A stretch of DNA of 59,702 bases from positions 1-59,702 of IMG/VR virus record IMGVR_UViG_3300020398_000001. One strand, given 5' to 3'. Positions 54,397 to 59,702 of the stretch are shown in pieces; the stretch's first letter is position 1; the number at the start of each line of letters is the position of its first letter. A model generated the notes under the pieces. It searched no databases. It was not told where the DNA came from and saw only the letters and a program-made list of their open reading frames with translations. The position numbers were made by a program, and so were the translations under genes. The DNA comes from a virus (Duplodnaviria; Caudoviricetes).

Positions 54397-54792
54397 TTAA
54401 TCAGGATCTAAAATTCTATCTTTATCTATTGGATCAACCGCAGCAACTTTAGGAATGTCTGATTTTACTTTATCAATGTGGTCGATGAATGTCGTAGTCC
54501 CATCACGCATGTCACGATAGATAGCGTCAAGCTGATCGCCAAAAGGACCGTAAGCAAGTTGGCGTTCAAATTTCATGGTCTCTCGTTGGCCTTCGGGTGT
54601 TGCCTCATGGGCAGCTCTCTGATTAGTAAAACTACCATCGTCAGGGTTACGATTCCAAGCACCGCGTTCTACAGTGTCATCACTGCACTCGTGCCATTCT
54701 AGGCTTGGATGAACCTCAAACCGCTCCTCGATGGTATCCACCACCTGTGCAACACGATGGTTTCGTAAAGTGTCTACAAGAACGTGCTTCAT
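54397..54792 (-). CDS. Tail-fibre assembly/chaperone-like protein
   Basis: FEVHPSLEWHEC; RQLAYGPFGDQLDAIY...VKSDIPK; follows a fibre gene. Confidence 0.65.
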   Translation of the reverse strand: MKHVLVDTLRNHRVAQVVDTIEERFEVHPSLEWHECSDDTVERGAWNRNPDDGSFTNQRAAHEATPEGQRETMKFERQLAYGPFGDQLDAIYRDMRDGTTTFIDHIDKVKSDIPKVAAVDPIDKDRILDPD

Positions 54793-54801
54793 GGCTATCT
54801 C

Positions 54802-55623
54802 CTACGCGTATTCCCAGATGATTACAAGACCGGGCTTCGTAGCTGAGCCTTGCGTATAGCCGTTGTACACACCCATGCCACCGGCCCCATAAGCGATATA
54901 AGTATGCAAGGTGGCGTCAGTGGTGTCGGGACTCCCCGGAGTACACCCACCAAAATAACTAGAACCGCCTGTCGCAGACATACTGTTGACGGCGGAACCC
55001 CCGCCGCCTCCTACGATATTAATATCGCCTCCAGTACCATCCCCTCCAAATCCACCACGACTGGCTTGGACACTACCAGCGGTGTATCCACCAGTTGCCG
55101 AGACGTAACTCCCGAAGGAGGATGTATTCCCGTTTGGTGTGCCAACAGTGACCGTAACTGTGGGAAGTGAGCTAACATCGCAAATCTTTTCTGCGTAACC
55201 TCCTGCCCCACCACCTCTTTGTCCATTTGATCCATGTGCGCCAGAACCCACTAATTGGACCCTGACTGTTGAAACACCAGCCGGTCTTGTCCAAGTTCCA
55301 CTTGCAGTAAATGCTTGAACAGATTTCAATCCTCCGCCTTCTGCTGCGTCTACCCATTCAAGAGTAGAGCCACCAGCAGCAGTTGCCAAAGTTTGCCCGG
55401 CTGTGCCTGTCCCGACATCTGTTCCATCTGTTCCATCTGTGCCTCCGGCTGACAACAATTCCCAATTTGATCCGGTGGCGAAGGCGCCACCAGATGTATG
55501 AGCGAGGATGCACATATATGCGCTGCCACTGCTCTGAACTATGTCGTCTACAACGTAAGCAGTAGTCGCGGCCCATGCCCCTTTCCAAACTGTTCTGACT
55601 CTGCCTAAATTGATAGTAGTCAT
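54802..55623 (-). CDS. Glycine-rich tail fibre/spike
   Basis: INLGRVRTVWKGAW...YVVDDIV; QAFTASGTWTRPAGV...VQLVG...GGAGG...GLVIIWEY. Confidence 0.8.
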   Translation of the reverse strand: MTTINLGRVRTVWKGAWAATTAYVVDDIVQSSGSAYMCILAHTSGGAFATGSNWELLSAGGTDGTDGTDVGTGTAGQTLATAAGGSTLEWVDAAEGGGLKSVQAFTASGTWTRPAGVSTVRVQLVGSGAHGSNGQRGGGAGGYAEKICDVSSLPTVTVTVGTPNGNTSSFGSYVSATGGYTAGSVQASRGGFGGDGTGGDINIVGGGGGSAVNSMSATGGSSYFGGCTPGSPDTTDATLHTYIAYGAGGMGVYNGYTQGSATKPGLVIIWEYA

Positions 55624-55638
55624 CTCTTGTTCCTTTCC

Positions 55639-55869
55639 TTAGTAAGTAACTACTAAGTCGCCGTTACCGTCTATTGAATACGTCTGATTGGGAGATCCAA
55701 CGATGACCATGTCATAAGGATCGAACCCAGAAGCAGCCGCGCCTGCGCGGAGGTCATCTGTAATATCGTATGCCAGATCGTTGCCCTTGTACCAAAGTAG
55801 GTTGCCGCTAACGACCCTGAAAGCATGGTGTATATTGTTAACGACCTTGGCATTGCCTATATACCCCAT
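55639..55869 (-). CDS. Small fibre adaptor (MGYIGN type)
   Basis: MGYIGN N-terminus; YSIDGNGDLVVTY C-terminus. Confidence 0.7.
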   Translation of the reverse strand: MGYIGNAKVVNNIHHAFRVVSGNLLWYKGNDLAYDITDDLRAGAAASGFDPYDMVIVGSPNQTYSIDGNGDLVVTY

Positions 55870-56207
55870 TAAGTAATCTCCATCACGCTCAAAGCTACAT
55901 CAAGCGCAGCGGTGACAGACGCAAGCGCTTTTACGATGTCTCCTGTCTCAAGCACTACTTTCCCCTCAATAGCTTCAAGCGTCCCGCCAGTAGGAATAGA
56001 TACACTTTTGATTAGGTAGACGTCGTCCGCGTTCTCGCCTGCGCTAGACGCGGTGACAATCTGTACGTCTACGGTAATTGCAGACGCAGATTTATTTGCC
56101 ATCATGGCGCCAATCATAACTGCGGTTGTCGCCGCTGGCACTGTGTAGACTGTCTCAAGGGAAGTTCCTACACTAGCCCCGGTTTTTAGTTTGAAAGTAT
56201 TCGCCAT
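55869..56207 (-). CDS. Fibre connector protein (MANTFK type)
   Basis: MANTFK...VYTVPAAT...KVVLETGD...SVMEIT. Confidence 0.8.
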   Translation of the reverse strand: MANTFKLKTGASVGTSLETVYTVPAATTAVMIGAMMANKSASAITVDVQIVTASSAGENADDVYLIKSVSIPTGGTLEAIEGKVVLETGDIVKALASVTAALDVALSVMEIT

Positions 56208-56210
56208 TGG

Positions 56211-56294
56211 CTAGGCCCCCTTCGGGAATCTCATTTTAATTTCAGCGGCCAGATTAGGGACTCCTGTCCCCGCGCCTTGAATTGTGCTTGTCAT
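56211..56294 (-). pseudogene. 27-codon relic of a deleted fibre + chaperone cassette
   Basis: MTSTIQGAGTGVPNLAA|EIKMRFPKGA: first half matches the start region of 56792..57568, second half the end of 56530..56784. Confidence 0.7.
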
Positions 56295-56298
56295 CCAA

Positions 56299-56526
56299 TT
56301 ATCCTAGCGCAATGGCCATTGCTGTGGCATCGTCTATGGTCGCAATATTTCTGAAGACGAGATTTGCCGACCCGTCTGTCACAAGTCCTTGTCCATCTGC
56401 CCCATCTCCATTAGGAAAGAGTAGGTTGCTTATCCCTATTTTCACTCTCCCCGTTCCACGTCCCTTGATTTCCAGATTGGTGTCATCTGTACTCGCTTCT
56501 ACGATATTTGCTCTCAGGGTCGACAT
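56299..56526 (-). CDS. Short fibre linker (MSTLRAN...AMAIALG)
   Basis: Paralogous to the junction-spanning protein over most of its length. Confidence 0.8.
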   Translation of the reverse strand: MSTLRANIVEASTDDTNLEIKGRGTGRVKIGISNLLFPNGDGADGQGLVTDGSANLVFRNIATIDDATAMAIALG

Positions 56527-56529
56527 GTC

Positions 56530-56784
56530 CTAATCCTTTGGAAATCTGGTTTTAATCTCTAACCTTTTCTCGGCATGTGTACCGGCAGGAATTTCACCAG
56601 CATTTTCCTGAAAAAATAAGGGATCTGACTCGTTTACGTATGCAACTTGCCTTTGCGCGATTGCTTCCGCTGCCCTAAGAGTAGGAGCCGCTGCCTTTGA
56701 TGCCTCTATATCAGCTTCGTAAGCCGCTTCCTCTGCCGGGGTGAAAGCTATCTGCACCCCATCAGTATTGTGATATCGTGTCAT
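56530..56784 (-). CDS. Tail-fibre assembly-like protein
   Basis: FTPAEEA...RQVAYVNESDPLFF...EIKTRFPK. Confidence 0.7.
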   Translation of the reverse strand: MTRYHNTDGVQIAFTPAEEAAYEADIEASKAAAPTLRAAEAIAQRQVAYVNESDPLFFQENAGEIPAGTHAEKRLEIKTRFPKD

Positions 56785-56791
56785 ACTTCAC

Positions 56792-57568
56792 CTATGCCTT
56801 TTTCCAGCCATACATTCTAATACTCCCGCCAGCAGCAAAATTCTGCCCGTTCCAGTAGAATCGAACAGCGTCTACTACATCCAAATCAAGCCTATGGTAC
56901 TCACCCCCTCCTACATAACGGGCGCCAGCACTGGTCTGAGCAGTCATTTGCCAATCAAACATAGTAAAGGTATTTGCATCACCCGCTCCCCAGACTTTAA
57001 CATAGCCACTAAACCCAGAGTTTGTGCCGGTATGTGTAGTTGAAAAGCCACCAAACCACTCTACATAACTTTCGTCGCTGTACCCCTGTTGAAATGCCCT
57101 GCCGCCCGTGTTGTGGTAAAATTTGAATTTCCCGTAGTTTGCGCCTCCTGTGTCGTAGGACGAGCCGCCATCGCTGCTGCTAAGAAATCTAAATCTTTGC
57201 TCACTACCTGTGCCTGTTCCGTTTGGCTGGACATTCGTCAGGGCAAATTCATAATGGTCATACAAGGATGAGTCGAAACCTGTGAAATTCATATTTGTAG
57301 TAGACGTGCCTGATGGCTCGATGGTTTGTATAAGAGTGGTTGCGCCACCCGCAGCTGCCTGAAATGTCGGGGGAGTTGATGCACCTGTAGACGTAATAAC
57401 TTGACCGGATGTTCCCCCTCCCCTAATAGACGTTAGAGGGACACCAGCTGTGCCACCAACTTTAAAATTAGCGCTTAAATTGGGAACGCCGGTGCCTTTC
57501 CCGCTGACAATCAGATCAGTATTTGTCCCAGATAATGGAGTTATTTCATCAACTTGAATTTTCGACAA
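56792..57568 (-). CDS. Tail fibre/receptor-binding protein (TTG start)
   Basis: MSKIQVD...SGKGTGVPNL; GTSGQVITS; TLIQTI...YDHY...GSIRMYG head domain. Confidence 0.75.
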   Translation of the reverse strand: MSKIQVDEITPLSGTNTDLIVSGKGTGVPNLSANFKVGGTAGVPLTSIRGGGTSGQVITSTGASTPPTFQAAAGGATTLIQTIEPSGTSTTNMNFTGFDSSLYDHYEFALTNVQPNGTGTGSEQRFRFLSSSDGGSSYDTGGANYGKFKFYHNTGGRAFQQGYSDESYVEWFGGFSTTHTGTNSGFSGYVKVWGAGDANTFTMFDWQMTAQTSAGARYVGGGEYHRLDLDVVDAVRFYWNGQNFAAGGSIRMYGWKKA

Positions 57569-57581
57569 TGGCTCTACTCCT

Positions 57582-58019
57582 TTATGACCCCGGCTTTTCG
57601 GGCCAAACCGGATTATCTGGTTGGGCCGTAGCTGAAGGTAGATCTCTTAAAGCTCTTCGCCAAGCCGCCCACTCTTCTTTTTCTACATTTGAGAGTGGAC
57701 TGTCATTAGCCTGTGTCCAGTCACTTTGATGTAATTCATGGTCCCTTGTCGTCCTTAAATCACGCCAATCAGTAGTAATTTCCTCAGGAGTTTTGGGACG
57801 AACACGATGCACAATGACTACACGGTCTTCTTCGATGTTAATTTGGTCCGTGTCTCTTGTTTGCCCCGGTGCAGAGACAGTCTCAGTTACAACAACAGGA
57901 AGCCATCCCCATCGCTTTAACTCTTCATCAGTGGCAAGGTGCAAGCCGCTGATGTTGCGCCATGATTTAGGCAGCGGGCCAATATTGCTTACTTGGCCGT
58001 TTTCGATCTGGGCATACAT
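57582..58019 (-). CDS. Tail-fibre assembly chaperone
   Basis: WRDLRTTRDHELHQSDWTQANDSPL...WAAWRRALRDLP...VWPEKP. Confidence 0.85.
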   Translation of the reverse strand: MYAQIENGQVSNIGPLPKSWRNISGLHLATDEELKRWGWLPVVVTETVSAPGQTRDTDQINIEEDRVVIVHRVRPKTPEEITTDWRDLRTTRDHELHQSDWTQANDSPLSNVEKEEWAAWRRALRDLPSATAQPDNPVWPEKPGS

Positions 58020-58030
58020 TTAATTTTCCC

Positions 58031-58801
58031 CTACCATGTTAAGCCATAAGAATTAGCAATGTAATTTTTCGTTTGGATTCGTACGCCTCCACTATTATGC
58101 CAATAGAGAAGAACCTCTGCTATTTCGCCCCTGAAATACTGACCGGGATACTGAGAGCCACCGATTAAAGGAGACTGATTCTGATCTCCAGTATTCCAAG
58201 AAAGACTCTGTGAAACTGTAGTCAGCCCCGTTGTTTCCATTGTCGTGATTCCTGTGGTATCATTTCGATACACAAGGGTAGAATATGTCGTGCCTACTAC
58301 ATGACCGGATTGCTGTAGTGTATTGTTACCAAAAGACATGTGCGTTGCGCTACCCGGACCAACCCAGTAATACCCCTGCTGACCTCCCCATATCTCTGCA
58401 TAAGAATAGCTATTACCTGTTGTGGCAGTCCTGAAAACCACGAATATCATTGCATTATCGTAATTTCCGTTAAAGAACTCCTTGCTCCACGGCGTTGAGG
58501 CAGGTAAAGGGCCTGAAGCGAATTTAAAATTAAAGCTGCCGGTATTCGGGAACGTAATACTGGGGTGGTCATTAAAATTAGAATCTGAGGCATTTAGTGT
58601 TGGCTTATAATTAGTATCTTGTGGAACACGGTGTCTCCCGTTTCCACTCTTATCAGTCCACTGCGAAATAGCGCCTCCCGATTCAACTACCTCATCTGCC
58701 CTAAACCACCCCTCCAGAAAACTGGAATTAGGTTCCCCTACATAATCTGGAGGACCAGAGTTACCAGCAGCAGCCATCATTCCCTTTTTATAGCTAGTCA
58801 A
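58031..58801 (-). CDS. ConA/LamG-like lectin receptor-binding protein
   Basis: GWFRAD...ISQWTDKSGNGRH...FRGEIAEVLLY...YIANSYGL. Confidence 0.75.
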   Translation of the reverse strand: MTSYKKGMMAAAGNSGPPDYVGEPNSSFLEGWFRADEVVESGGAISQWTDKSGNGRHRVPQDTNYKPTLNASDSNFNDHPSITFPNTGSFNFKFASGPLPASTPWSKEFFNGNYDNAMIFVVFRTATTGNSYSYAEIWGGQQGYYWVGPGSATHMSFGNNTLQQSGHVVGTTYSTLVYRNDTTGITTMETTGLTTVSQSLSWNTGDQNQSPLIGGSQYPGQYFRGEIAEVLLYWHNSGGVRIQTKNYIANSYGLTW

Positions 58802-58810
58802 TGATCGTTC

Positions 58811-59299
58811 CTAACTAGAATCAAGGCTGGAAGCCATGCCATGCCAGACAGTCCCGGCATCGTGGGTTACAAAAACCAGCAAGTCTATTCCCGCTGCTGT
58901 GAGTGTCGGCGCCGTTGCTCCCGGCCAACGTGTTCCTGCTGGCCAGTTTATTGTTTGTGATCCCGCGTTCGTCAGGATAAGAGAGAACCCACAAAGCTCA
59001 TCTGCCCCTGTGGGGTTCGAAAATGTAAAGGTGGTTGTGCTTGTGTCTATCGTCGCACTTACGCTGTTACCAAGTGTTAGATCTATGTCTTGAGTGCCGC
59101 CGCCTACCGAGCCGATTGCGTTGGTAACTTCACCGTAGTCCAGTAAATTTACTTGCTGAAAAGTATTGTCGCCCGCGTCCACAGCCCCAGCAAATGTTGT
59201 TGCGCTCGATACTGCGACACCGCCCGTCCCTGCTCCCGATAATGTAAGTGTGCTATCGGTAGTCCGGGCAGTGACATTATCAGCTTTTAAAGTAGACAA
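58811..59299 (-). CDS. Fibre linker/adaptor (TTG start, MSTLKAD...)
   Basis: IDLTLGN...TTFTFSNP...INWPAGTRWPGATAPTLT...DLLVFVT. Confidence 0.8.
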   Translation of the reverse strand: MSTLKADNVTARTTDSTLTLSGAGTGGVAVSSATTFAGAVDAGDNTFQQVNLLDYGEVTNAIGSVGGGTQDIDLTLGNSVSATIDTSTTTFTFSNPTGADELCGFSLILTNAGSQTINWPAGTRWPGATAPTLTAAGIDLLVFVTHDAGTVWHGMASSLDSS

Positions 59300-59309
59300 T
59301 TTACTTCTC

Positions 59310-59702
59310 CTATATTATTGCCAGCACACCTGCGACAGAAAGCGTCACTGAGGGGTCTACTCCAAAAGGCCCGGTACAGCTTGCATTTGTGCTTGCTGCG
59401 ATTGTAGTGCTAACTGTTAGTGTGCCTGAGTTCACGCGAAAAATATCCGCTAAGCCATTTGTGCTGTCCCCCGTTATGCCGTTGTTGCCTTGGAAATATC
59501 CCGCTCCCCCCGGTGCCGGGACGGCAGACGTCCAGATTGTTCCGTTAGACGTCAAAAGATTCCCGACCGCGCCCGCGGCCGTCAGCCCTGTCCCGCCATC
59601 TGGAGTGCTAACTGGAGAAGCTACGCCAGCAGCAGCGAACGATAGATTGCCGCTTGCATCTGTGACAAGCGCTTGACCTACAGTGCCGTCGACATCTGGA
59701 AA
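59310..59702 (-). CDS. 3' part of the junction-spanning fibre linker protein
   Basis: C-terminus GAGYFQG...DIFRVNS...STTIAASTNASCTGPFGVD...LAII is clearly paralogous to the C-terminus of 201..1877. Confidence 0.85.
   Translation of the reverse strand, partial: FPDVDGTVGQALVTDASGNLSFAAAGVASPVSTPDGGTGLTAAGAVGNLLTSNGTIWTSAVPAPGGAGYFQGNNGITGDSTNGLADIFRVNSGTLTVSTTIAASTNASCTGPFGVDPSVTLSVAGVLAII
59626..59702. repeat. Second copy of the 77-bp terminal overlap
   Basis: Identical to 1-77. Confidence 0.95.

Noticed and set aside
20743-57754. Further GGACGAC copies at 20743, 47742, 49178, 56022, 57748
   Set aside because: All lie inside coding sequence (mostly xDD codons) with a poor or absent -10 at 18-19 nt; not counted as promoters
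1-59702. tRNA genes, stop-codon reassignment, programmed frameshifts
   Set aside because: No cloverleaf or T-loop pattern noticed; all three stop codons end normal-length genes; no convincing slippery site seen. tRNAscan-SE was not run

Overview
The window is a complete, circularly assembled ~59.6 kb genome of a tailed, podovirus-like dsDNA phage. Bases 1-77 equal 59626-59702 (assembler overlap) and one gene reads across the junction. The host is probably an Alphaproteobacterium (Usg, DUF6127-like and GcrA-like genes, leaderless promoters; inference). A + strand early block (6.6-15.5 kb) contains a CobS/CobT-like MoxR AAA+/vWA pair. The replication/recombination block has a PrimPol-helicase, Sak4-like ATPase, SSB-like protein, Cas4-like nuclease and resolvase; I recognise no DNA polymerase, RNA polymerase, sigma factor or integrase. 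The - strand late region runs terminase, portal, fibre cluster, scaffold, capsid, tail, ejection proteins, a 3652-aa polyvalent protein, lysis. Most notable: (1) a recurring late-promoter architecture GGACGAC-N18/19-(T/C)AnnnT, three copies placed exactly for leaderless mRNAs, with a GcrA-like HTH/Zn-ribbon gene as candidate activator; (2) a modular 'plug-and-socket' tail-fibre cluster, including a 27-codon scar of a deleted fibre+chaperone cassette; (3) repeated CGCYA-loop hairpins in the scaffold and capsid leaders; (4) a GNRA-capped three-way-junction element next to an NrdR-like box; (5) a U32-like Fe-S enzyme at the end of the fibre cluster; (6) two zincin motifs and an ART-like domain in the giant virion protein. 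All family calls come from motif recognition by eye, with no database searches.
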